DNA of 64,000 bases from Neocallimastix sp. 'constans' (lineage: Eukaryota), in NCBI GenBank assembly GCA_050613775.1, contig JBODTK010000014.1:992001-1056000 (forward strand), written 5' to 3'. A model generated the notes under the pieces. It was not told where the DNA came from and searched no databases. It saw only the letters and a program-made list of their open reading frames with translations. Every line of letters begins with the position of its first letter. Positions within the stretch are counted from its first letter, which is position 1. Below are positions 12,270 to 25,000 of this stretch, piece by piece. The position numbers and the translations under genes were made by a program.

Positions 12270-13922
12270 TGTAATAATCATACTAAGTACTATTACTTAA
12301 TATGATTATTAACTTCAACTTAACGACTAATTCATTAAGTTGAGATAATATATTTAAATGATTTTTTACCTAAGTCGAGCTTATTATAAACTTAATTATA
12401 ATAATAATACAGAACAGAAATAAAAGAATGTTTAGATAATATATTAAGTTGTGACTTAGATTAAAGGGTAAACTTGGTTGGAAGCCTTTAATATAATAAC
12501 CTTATGGATTTTATTTTATTTTATAAATTTATTTATTCAAATTATAAAAATATTATTTTATTATTAAACTTTTAATTAATTATATTTAATTTAATATATT
12601 TTATTATAAAGTTATCAGATTATTAGTAAATAATAATCTTACAAAGATTTAAAAAAAGAATATTTTTTAGTTCTTTTATATTTTTGAAAAACAATATAAA
12701 ATATTTAATAATATATTTTAATAAATACTAATTTAAAGATAACAATATAAAATATAATTTTAATATATAAAGTAACAAAATAATATATAAATAATATAAG
12801 ATAATAAAAATATATAAAATAATATAATTAATAAAAAACAATTTTTATAAATAATATTCAACTATATTAATTAATAAAAAAAGGTATAATATTAATTAAT
12901 ATGTAATACAATATTAATCAATTAATATATTAGGGATTCAATAATGTATAAAAGGGATAATATTAATTAATATGTAATACAATATTAATTAGGTTATGAA
13001 CGGTACAAGGATTTAAGGAGTACAAATTATATTTTTAATTAAATTATTATTTTTATAGTATTGAATATAAATTAATTTGTATCAAATCCTTGACATTCAA
13101 CTTAACGACTAATTCATTAAGTTGAGATAATATATTTAAATGATTTTTTACCTAAGTCGAACTTATTATAAACTTAATTATAATAATAACACAGAACAGA
13201 AATAAAAGAATGTTTAGATAATATTTAATTTGTAAAATGTTTTTTAATAGAAATTATTTTATTAATTATTTAAAGATTAAAATATAAATTATTATTATTA
13301 TAACTAGATTTTTTATAATAATAACCCTTGATTTCTTAAAAAGAACTCAAGAGCCTTATTTATATTTTTTTGTTAAAATAAGGTTAAATAAAAAAGGTTT
13401 TTCTAATCTTAATAAATTTCTTATCTAGGAAAAGATTAGACAGAAAAACCTAGATAAGATTTTTGATCGATATTCTATCCATATCGATCATCGTATCAAT
13501 TAGGTAAAACCAATTACTTTTAAGAAGAAATTGGAAAAAACCCTAATTAACCGATTCCTAATCTAATCTAATGATCGAAAATAAAAGAATAAAATAATTA
13601 AAAAATATTTCGATCTTAAAATAATAAATTTACAAAAAAGGAAAATAAAACATTGATAATATTAAATAAAATACAGAATACATTATTAAATACATAATAG
13701 AATACATAATATGTTTGTTTATAATTTAATTAAATAAATAAACTAAAACTAATAAATTTAATAATTAAATATATAATAAATTATAATTATTTATAAATGA
13801 ATAATTAATAATTAATTTAATAAAATTTTGTTATAATATAAATAATTTTATAATTATTATCAATAATTATAAAGACTAAGAAATAATAATTATTTATTAG
13901 TAAATAATTATTATTTCTTACA
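12270..13922 (-). mobile_element. Solo LTR family F containing insert Q and a ~134-bp duplication
   Basis: TGTAA...TTACA; TSD GTGCG/GTGTG; core ~13320-13560. Confidence 0.8.
12450..13095. mobile_element. Putative solo LTR Q
   Basis: TGTGAC...TTGACA between two copies of an F segment; single copy in window. Confidence 0.55.
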
Positions 13923-13925
13923 GTG

Positions 13926-14631
13926 TGATCCGGAACTAGCTTATTTACTTCAAATAAGCATACATAAAAATGATAAAAAGAAAAAAATATAAAATGTTTA
14001 TAATAATGAAATTATTTAAAATTAAAATAGTTATAATAATAAAAAAAATTTATTTATAATAAAATTATTTATAATAAAAATAATTATCTATAAATTGTTT
14101 TTAATAAAATAAATACAGAAATATTTAATTCTGTATAAAATTAAATCGATTGACAATACTAACTATTATTTTTATTGTTTTCTTTATAATAGATTATTAT
14201 TTTCTGTATTCTTTTTGCAATAATAAACTTTATGAGAATATAATATTAATAATTTACAAGAATATTAAATTATATATTAATTGATAAATTAAAACATTAT
14301 TAGAATAGATAGTTAAAATTTTAAATATAAATAAATCATTAATAATTATACAACTATATTTTAAAATAGATACTTTAGAATAGGTTAATTTTAAAATATA
14401 TTAATATTAAAATAACATTCATAATAGAATAATATAAATAAATGTATTTGTTAATGTTCAATTCAAGATTCATGTAAAAAACTATAAAAGGAAGAAATTT
14501 TCTTTCCTTTGAAAAAGGACGACAATCAAATAAAATAAAAATTTATAAAATATTTTTAAACTAATAAAAATTTATTTATAATATTTAATATTGTGTTTTT
14601 AAAATATTGTGTGTGATCCGTGCCCATATCA
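13926..14631. mobile_element. Solo LTR family J
   Basis: TGATCCGG...CCCATATCA; TGTG at 12264-12267 and 14632-14635 once F is removed. Confidence 0.7.
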
Positions 14632-14635
14632 TGTG

Positions 14636-15757
14636 TGGTAAAGAATGAATTAATAACCTTTATTTTATTATTAATAATTCTTTACTAAATTGTACTTTCC
14701 TATATTCTTGATAACCTAAACTTAATAATAAAATTTAATTTATTTTGATATAAATTAATTTTAACTTGTAAATAAAATTAAATCAATCTTAATTAATTTG
14801 TTGTATATCATTAAATATATGTATATATTAAAATACAATTGTAAATATTAAAATTATACTTTTAAGATACTAAATTATTAAAATTATTAATTAAATATTA
14901 TTATAAAATTTATTATAAACTATTAATATTATAAAATTATTAATATTATTAATTAAATATTATTATAAAATTTATTATAAACTATTAATATTATAAAATT
15001 ATTAAAATTATTAAATATTATTATAAAAATTTATTTATTACAACTATTAAATATTATTATAAAATTTATAAAATTATTAATTAAATTTATTATTAAAAGT
15101 TATTATTAAAATTTATTAATTATTATAAAAATTTATTATTTAAATATTATAAAATTTATTATTAAAATTATTAATTAAATATTATAAAAATTTTATTTTA
15201 TTTTTGAAAATAATTACAAGTATTATTTAAAATAATTAAAGATTATTAAATTTATTATATTAATTTTTAAAACATTTTATTTAACTTAAAAATATCAAAG
15301 AAAATAGTAAAAACTACTTTCTATATATCTATTTTATAATTATTTTTAAAAACAATTAATTTAACTTAAAAATATCAAAGAAAATAGTAAAAACTACTTT
15401 CTATATATTTATTTTATAATTATTTTTAATTAAATTATATTTAAATATTATATTATTATATTTATAAAAATTAAAACAAAATGAATTATTGATATAAAAT
15501 TAATTCAACAATTCTATAAAATTACTTAAATTATAAACAAATAATTATACTTTAAATTTATAAAAAAATATAAATATTGTAACAATTTCTTAAAAATTAA
15601 ATATGTGTACTTCAAAAAAAAAAAATAAAATTTTATATTAATAAATAAGTAAATAAATTTTATTAAAAACAAAAATTTTTTTTTAAAATCAAAGCAGGGT
15701 AATCCCCGTCCCCCCTGCTTGATTTTAAAGTTAAACATACTAACCCCGAGTCTACCA
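14636..15757 (+). mobile_element. Solo LTR family K
   Basis: TGGTAAAGAATGAA...CCCCGAGTCTACCA; TSD TGTG; second copy 34016-34989. Confidence 0.9.
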
Positions 15758-15761
15758 TGTG

Positions 15762-16600
15762 TGGTAAAGAACGAACATATAATGGATTATTAATTAGAAT
15801 TTCAATTTACTTTAGAATCCATTATATTATTCTTTATTTAATATTACTTTACTAAATTTTCTATACTAAAATATTTTATAAATATAATTTTTTTTCTATA
15901 TTTTTATTAAAAGTTTCTAAAATATTATCAATAATTCTATATTTTTATTATTAATATCAATATCTATAATTTAACCTTAAATTTTATTATTTTATTAAAG
16001 TGTTTATTATCAATATTAATATTTTATTTTTATTCAAATATATTATTATATTATTATTATATTGTATCAATATTAAAATTGTATTCTTTTTAGTATTTTA
16101 TTTTATTTTTAAATTGATTATTTAATATTTTTATTCCCCACAAATAAAACCAAATCTTAATTGATTAATAATAAATATTAAATATATTATAGTTTTTAAA
16201 TTTATTTTATATAAAATATAAGAATATTATATTAACATTCTTGATTAAAATAACTTTATTTTTCTGTAAAATCTTTTTAAATTTTGTTTGTTTCTTTTCG
16301 TATATATTAAATAATTTAGTTTTAGTATATGAAAAATAATATAAAATTATATAAACAAAATTTATTAAAATAAAAATACTTATGAATTAGTTAATTTAAA
16401 TTAATATAAAATTTGAAGTAATTAGTAATAGTAAATTATTTTTTTTTAAATATGATAATAAAATGTAGAAAGGCTTTACATATTTATTTTTTTCAAAAAG
16501 TATAAATAAGTAAAGTTTTTCAATAATTAAAATGTAGACAGAAAAAAAAGAAAAAATTAAACAATTAAATAAAATTTCTAATAAAACCCGAACCATAGCG
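15762..16600 (+). mobile_element. Solo LTR family L
   Basis: TGGTAAAGAACGAA...CCCGAACCATAGCG; right end degenerate. Confidence 0.65.
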
Positions 16601-16602
16601 TG

Positions 16603-17253
16603 TGATACAGTATCACTATAAAAATAAGATTTAGGTAGGAAATTTAGGTTAGAAATATTGTATAAATTTTATTTGTTATAATAATTAAAATAATTTATAT
16701 ATTCAAATAATTATTTTTAAAAGCATGGTTAATTCTTTTATCATAATTAAAATAGATAAATTATATTATTAATGATTCTATTATTATGATAATAAATTAA
16801 TTCATCATTATTATTAATAAGTTTAATTTTATATTTTAAATATTATTTTGAGAATTATATAGTTTTAGGAATTATATTATAAATATTGATAATTATATTT
16901 TATTTAGGAAATATATTTTAAATATTAATAGTTAAATATATATAATAATGAAATTGTAGTTTTAAATAAAGTTATTAGGAAATTAATAGTTTAAGAGATA
17001 TGCTTAATAAAAATATAATATTAAATAATTATTTTAACAATTATATAAAATTAAGAGAATGTAATAATAAAAATTTATATATGTAAAGATAAAATAATAA
17101 AAATAAATAAAGAATAAAAAATTATTATAAAACATTATTATTATTAATTATTTTCTTATATTTATTAGAATATATTATCGTGTCATAATTCCTTAGAGAA
17201 ACGACCAACTAAATTAATAATTCGATATGGAATATTTTATATGTTCTGTATCA
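16603..17253. mobile_element. Solo LTR family I
   Basis: TGATACAG...CTGTATCA; left end resembles the reverse complement of the 58644-59145 right end. Confidence 0.7.
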
Positions 17254-17257
17254 TGTG

Positions 17258-18185
17258 TGATAAATAATGAAATTATAAAATTAAAATAAATAATAAATAA
17301 TAAATTTTTATTTAACTTAACCCAAAATTAATTCTTTTAGAAGTCCCGAAATCAAATTAAAAAATTAATTAAAAGAAATAAATGAAGATAAAAATTATAA
17401 TAATTTAATTAATTATTAACAATTTAATTAAAACTAAAATAAATTAATAATTAATATTCTTATAAAATTATAAATAAACAAAATAATAAACAATTTTAAT
17501 AAATTGTAAATAATAAATAAACAAATTTATAAACATTTCAAAATTAAAATTAAATAGTTGAATAATCTTTAAATTACCTTTTATTTAAAATAATTAATAT
17601 TTTATTTATTTTATAACTCAACTTTTATAAACAAATTATAATTAAAACTTGTTTATTTTAATACTTTATTTGTAAATATTTATATCAATTATTTATTTTA
17701 TTGTTTATAAATGTAAATAGTTTAAAATCATTGAAAAATATAAAAACATGTAAATATTTCTTTTAAATTATTCTTTATTATTAATAATTTCAATAACTTA
17801 TTTTATATATTTTATTAGTTTATTAATAATCAAATTATGATTATTAATAATATCAATAAATTATTTTATATATTTTATTAGTTTATTAGTTATTAATAAT
17901 CAAAATTATTATTATTAAAATTTAAATAAATTATTATAAATGATAAATATTTTATTTTATTATTTTATTAGTTTTAAGAATTATTTTTCTTTTATTAAAT
18001 TAAATAAAATTAATAATTAAATAAATAAATATTAATATTAAAATAAAATAATATTTTTAATAAAACAATTTTGTGTTCTAATAAACCATATTTATATTAA
18101 ATTTCTTATATTTCTTAGTATTTATACGTTTATTCACTTCAACAAAATCTAATTTTTGTAGATTAAGAATATCCGGTATAAATCA
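17258..18185 (+). mobile_element. Solo LTR family H
   Basis: TGATAAATAATG...CCGGTATAAATCA; TSD TGTG; near-identical to 34994-35932. Confidence 0.9.
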
Positions 18186-18925
18186 TGTGTGATACGGGGT
18201 GTCATTAAATACCTTGTATTTCCTATTAAATACTCTTAATTGTTGAAATTATATCTGAATTGAAATCTCAATTTCAGTTATTTACATTTCAATAATTAAA
18301 AATATTCTTTATTTAATTATAATTAATAAATAATATATAATTATTAATTTATATAAACTTTTATTTGGAAAGTTTATATAATTAATAATTAATATAAATT
18401 CTTGTTTAATATTTAAAGGGTTATCTTAGGCCTAATAATTCTGAGAATATTAATAAATAAGGTTTATATTAATAATTAATTTCAATACTACATTTGATCT
18501 AAAACAAATATGTGTAGTAACATATTTGTATATTTAATAATAATTATTAAATATTAAATTTATATCTTTTGATAATAATTTTTATAATATATTATTAATT
18601 ATTATATATTAAATTACATATTATTTATTATAAATCACACTTGATTTATTAAATTTTTGTTCAAGAAAATTTTCTACATAATAATATTATTTACATTTAA
18701 AATTTATATTCCTATCTATAATAATTTTACATTGATTCATATGATATATATCATTAAATGATATACGCCACAGTATACATAAATTTATTCTTTATAATTA
18801 TATTTATTTATTTACACTAAAATTTATTTTATACTTATTTTATATTTATTTATTTTTTATTAATTATTTATTAATTATTTATTAATTATAAATATTAAAC
18901 TTATTTCTGACATTCCCCCATAAGT

Positions 18926-20489
18926 TTAATATTCTTGGATTTTCGTTAATAAAGTGTCTCGTAACGTTTTCATTATGGACCCATTCAGATTCTTTGTCAA
19001 AAAGTCAGCTAAATTATTTTGTGATTTTACATACTCTAATTTTATTTCTTCCTCTTTAACTAATTCTCTAATTTTGTGATATTTTAAATCTATGTGTCTT
19101 GATTTTTGATTTATACTTTCATTTTTACTATTATAGATAGCAGCTTTATTATCTACATTTATATATATATATTTTATATTTATACCTAACTCATTAAGTA
19201 GATTTTTTAACCACATACACTTTAGAGCCCATTCATTCAAACTATAATATTCACTTTCAGCAGTAGAAACAGCCACACAATGTTGTAATTTAGAATACCA
19301 GGTTATAGGCGTATTTCCCATGATTATTAAAAATCCGCTAGTAGATCTTCTTGTTTCTTCGTCCCCTCCTAAGTCAGCGTCGACGTAAGCAGCTATATTT
19401 ATATTTTTTGATATTTTTATTCCATAATATTTAGTATAATTTAAATATTTAAATATTTTTAAAACATTAATCCAATCTTCATAAGTTGGATTTTCATTCT
19501 TTCTTGAAGCCTTACTAGTAGCGAACATAATATCCGGTCTGGTGCCCATGGCAAGATATAACAGACAACCTACAGCTTGCATATATACCTGTGGGTTAAA
19601 TTTTCTATTTTTTAATTTTTTATTTTCTATATTGATCATATTAGATGCCTTTTCATTTTCGTTTATTTTAAATTTATCTAATATTTTTTCTAGATATCTT
19701 AATTGATGTAAAATGTAACCATCTTTACATTTTATAAATTTTATCCCTACAATGAAGTCTACATTTCCAATATCGCTTAATTCAAAATACTTATTTATTT
19801 CTAATTTAACTTTATTTATTGTTTTATTATTCCCTGCTATTAATATATCGTCAACATAGATTGCAATAATACATAAAATATTTTTATACTTATCTTTCAG
19901 TATGTACAAGCAAGGTTCACTTTTTTAATCTTTCAAACTTAAGTTCTAGGAGTGTTTTATTTATTTTATCATTCCAGATGCGGCCAGCTTGCTTCAATCC
20001 ATATATAGATTTTTTTAATTTAATATACCCTCCTACATCCATACCTCTAGGAATTTCCATATACAATTCCTCATTAATTTCTGCATTTAGATAGGCAGCC
20101 TTGATGTCCAATTGATATATATTAAAATTATTATAAACAGCTATAGAAGTAATTATTCTCAGAGAATCTTGCTTAAGGGTAGGTGAGAAAGTGTCAACAT
20201 AATCCACACCATACACTTGTGAAAATCCTCTTGCTACTAACCTTGCTTTATATTTTGTTATGTTACCTTTATCGTTTCGTTTATAACTAAAAACCCACTT
20301 GCAGCTGATTAAATTTTTTTCTTTTGGTACTTCATTGACTATTTCAAAAACTTTCTTTTCTTCCATATTTTTTAATTCCTTATTTATAGCTTCTATCCAT
20401 GAGTTTTTATCTGGTCTATCGAATATTTCTTCATAGGTTAATGGTGGGTCTAATTCTATTGTCTTATTTGTTATTAAGATATTCGTCAT
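18926..20489 (-). pseudogene. Copia-1 reverse transcriptase/RNase H, frameshifted near 19915
   Basis: KARLVARGFSQ, QLDIKAAYLN, YVDD, YVDADLGGD, STAESEY motifs. Confidence 0.93.
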
Positions 20490-21858
20490 TATTTGTTTAT
20501 ACTTTTTGTTTACATTATTTTCACTCTCATTTAATTTTCTTTTTAAATTATAATTATTTATTTTTTTTCCTTTATTAAATTCAATTTCGTTAATTGAATT
20601 ATTTAATTTATTTTCAATTTCATAATTATAATTATTTAAATTTGTAATTTCATTATTTTTATTTAAATTATGTTTATTAATAATATTATCAATGCTACTT
20701 CCTGGTTTGTTTACATTTTCAATAAATTTTTTTTTTTTAAATTTTCAATTAAATTATTTTTATTTACATTGTTAATTGAATTAATTTCATTATTTGAATT
20801 ATTATATGAATTATACTCATTATTGCTAATTTCATTTTTCTTACCATTTGAAATTAAATTGTTTAAATTGTTTCCTGTATTATTTGAATTTCCTGTTTGT
20901 TTATTTAATTGTGTTAAATTTGAATTTTGATCATATAATTTACTTTTTGAATTAAATTCAAATTTAAATTTTCATTTCCTGAATAATTATTAATTTTATT
21001 ATTATTTAAATTATCATTTTTATTATTATAGTTTTTATTATTTAATTCAGAATAATTATTATTTTGGATATTATAATTTTCAAAATTGCCATTTGAATTA
21101 TTTAAATGACCACTTTGAGAATTGAAATCCTCATAATAATGTTTTGGAGAAGAAAAATTTTGTTTTAAATTATTATATATATTATTATTTAATTGTAAAT
21201 TATTATTATTTAAATTATTGGCTGATTCAGAAAAAATTTTTTGAGCTGGATACAAAATTAAATTTCTGTTATTCTGTGGATCATAAAAAATTTTATAATT
21301 ATTTGAATAAATTAAATTATTTTGATTAATTGGAGAAGTATTATTTATATTATATTTATTAATATTTATATTATTTTCATTATTGACTTCATTATTATTA
21401 GTATTAATATTATTATTATATGGAGTATTTATGACTGCACTTTCGTTATTATCATTAATATTAATATTATTATTATTATTATTATTATTTGGATTAATAT
21501 TATTATTGTTATTATAATTGTTAAAGTATTAAATAATATAAATAAATAAACTTAATAATTTAGGTTTATAATTAAATAATAGAAAATATAAATCATAAAT
21601 ATTTATGTAAAAAACTAAACCTAAAATGTAAATTAACATTATTTATGTTAATACATAGTTAAATGTAAATCATTAGATTTATCATGCGCATGTAAATAGT
21701 TTCTTTATTCTTGTTTATTCACGTGAAATAGTTATATAGTTTATATAAAAATAATTGTTTATTTTATAGACGAAAATTCGCGACTTTCGTCAATATAATA
21801 TTTTATAATAAATAAATAAATGTATAAATTATTAATAACTAAATAAATTACTTTAATA

Positions 21859-21873
21859 GATTAAGAGTCTCAT
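21859..21873 (+). other. PBS complementary to the tRNA-Lys(CUU) anticodon arm
   Basis: GATTAAGAGTCTCAT directly after the 5' LTR. Confidence 0.85.
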
Positions 21874-22045
21874 CTGTACTCTTAACATTCTCATATAATA
21901 TTGATAAAATAATATAAAATATCTTTATTAAAATAAAATATTAATTAAATAAAATATTAATAAAATTACATAATAAAAACACAAAATAATCTTCTTAAAA
22001 CCCAAATATATAATAATATTAATTATTAAATTAAAAATCAATTAA

Positions 22046-25000
22046 ATGAGTGATTTTATCCCGTTCAAAAAGGAAGCCATATTGAATGGCAAAAATTTTA
22101 ATATATGGTATGATAATTTAACGGACATATTGGAGAAAGATGACTTAGCTGAATATCTAACTAAAGATATATTGGAAGAAGCCAAAAGGGACAATACCAA
22201 AAAGGAAGAAGAAATAAAGGAAATCAAGAAAACGAACACAAAAGTCCGTTATATTATTAAAAATACCATAAATTCCAAAATCCATGAAGATATTATTGGC
22301 ATGAACACTCCATATGCCATAATAAATTATCTAAGAGAAGAATACAAATTAAGTGAGAATGACATGACTCAATGGATTAGTAAACTTAAAAATGTCAAAG
22401 CTGAAAAGGAAACAGAAATACCTTCAGCTATTAAGGAAATCTTTAAATTATTTAATGGCATGAACTCCTCCGGAAATATTATCTCCGAAAAAGAAAAAGT
22501 AAAATATTTATTAAGAGCATTACCAAAAAGTTATAAAATGAAATTAACTTTAAATGGTAATGAAACAGCCGAAGAATTAAAAACAACTATAGTAAAAGAT
22601 ATAAACACCTGGTTATATGTCGATGAACAAACAGATAAAGACCAACGACCATATGATCCAATGGACATCGACTATGCTGGGAAACTTGGATACAAGAATA
22701 GGAAAAATTTAAAAAACAAGAACAATAATAAAAATTTTTCAAAAAAAAAAAAAAAAGGAAATCCAAGTAAACAAAACAACAAAGAAAAATTTAATAATAA
22801 TAAATATAACAATAATAATAAATACTGCGAAATCTGTGAAAGGAGGGGTCATTCTACCAAAGAATGTAGGTATAATCCAAGAAACCCAAATGGATTATAC
22901 AATAAATACTACATTCAAAATGAACAAAAATTAAATAATTATCACACTCATAATAATTGGCATAATGGAAGACCCATAAGATATATTAATTTAAATGATG
23001 AATATAATGAAAATATATCTTATGATGATATAAAGCCAATGTTTTATAAATACTATGATCCTAAAGGAAAAGGAAAATATGAGAATAATGATGATGATGA
23101 TTCAGATGAATATCAAGAATCTGAAAAATCAAATTGTTTCATAAATTATGATAAAGAAGACGTTAAAAATGAAGTTTTAATTAAAAATAATATAATAACA
23201 CGAGTAGAAAATAAATTAAATTTAGCTAAAGAAATTTTTATAAATAATATTAATAAAAAGGAAATAAATACAAATAATACAAATGAAATTTTTAATATTA
23301 ATTACAATAAAAAAGAAACATCAGAATGGTTATATGATTCAGGTGCTGGTGAACATATAACTAATGATCTAAGTCTGCTTAAAAATTTTAAAAAAGAAAA
23401 AATAAAGTTAAGATGTGCAAATAATACTTATTGCTATTTTGAAGGCCATGGTGAATTTGAATTTACTATTAATAATTATCATTTTAAATTTAACAAAGTA
23501 TTATATTCAAAAGAAGTAGCTAAAAATATTATTAGTGGAATAGAATGGGCAAAACAAGATGTTAAAACCTTGACAGAAAAGGATAAACACAATAATATTA
23601 TCCTCAGAATTTTAGATAACAATTATAATATTATTGCCACATTCCAAGCTAATGATAACAATGAAGTTAAAATTGTAGTTACTCATTTCAATATTGAAAA
23701 CGAAAGAAACTCTAAGAATAATATTATGGCAATTCAAAATTTTCGTAATGCTGAAGAACTAATTTGGCATCGACGGCTTGGCCATTTCTACCAAGAAGAT
23801 TTGAAAAACTTCCTAAACCATCATGAAATTAACTTAGATAAGTGTGACGATTGCAGAATCGCGAAAATGAAACGCAATCCACACAATAAAATTCCTCCCA
23901 GAGCCAAAGAAATATTAGAAGTTATCCACTCGGATATTATTGGTCCAATTAACACATCATACACAGGAAAAAGGTTTATACTTACTATCTTAGATGAAGC
24001 TTCTAGAAAATCATGGGTTTTTATAATGAAGAGTAAATCAGAAGCTACTGATATTATTATCAATACCTTAAGAATGCTTAATAATAAATATAAGGATCAT
24101 AAAATTAAAGTTTTTAAATCGGATAACGCAAAGGAATATAAAAACAAGAAAATTGATTCCTTTTGCAATGAAAATGGAATTGAAAAAGTATTCTCTCCTC
24201 CGTATAATCCTGAAAATAATGGACTATGTGAAAGATTTAATCTTACTATTGTTTCCTGCGCGAAAACCTTGTTATATTGGAGTGGACTTAGTGAAAACTT
24301 CTGGGACTTTGCGATATTATACGCTAACTATATATACAACAAAGTTCCTCATTCTGGAATTCATAACAAAATTCCAGATGAAATATTCTACAAAAACAAA
24401 GTAAAAATTAATCACATCAAGGTATTCGGTTGTATCACCTTCTATATTGACAGAAGCCAAAATAAATCCAAATTTTCACCTAATTCTAAGAAAGGAATTT
24501 TTCTTGGATTTAGTGAAAAAACTAATAGCTATATTATTATGGATTTCAATGATAATTCAATTCATTATTGTAGAGAAATTTACTGTTTAGAAGATACTCC
24601 TGCTAATGTAAAATTAGCAAACAATAAATCAAATCAATATGGTGATCAGGAATTTCTTACTTTTGATTTTTATTTTTCGAAGAATTTACCAGACTCATCT
24701 GGTGGAGAAAATCATAAAGCTGGTAACCATAGTAGTAAACCTTCTGAAAATAAATTTAATAACAACAACAAAGAAAATAGCAAAAATACCAAAGAAAATT
24801 ATTCATCATTACCTATCACAAACAATGATGATTTACAAGAAAATTTAAATAAGGACAATTCCCCTAAAAGAGATAAAGGGAAAAGCCCAGAGACTGAGGA
24901 TTCTAACGATACCAATATCAATAATAATATTGGTAAGGACAAAGAAATAAAAATCGCAGAAGAAGAGACCCAAAACTACAAAAATCAAGAAAATTTCAAA

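Noticed and set aside
15526..16596. Short F/I/L/K-rich ORFs (also 49530, 60076 and others)
   Set aside because: Expected by chance in very AT-rich LTR DNA; no motifs
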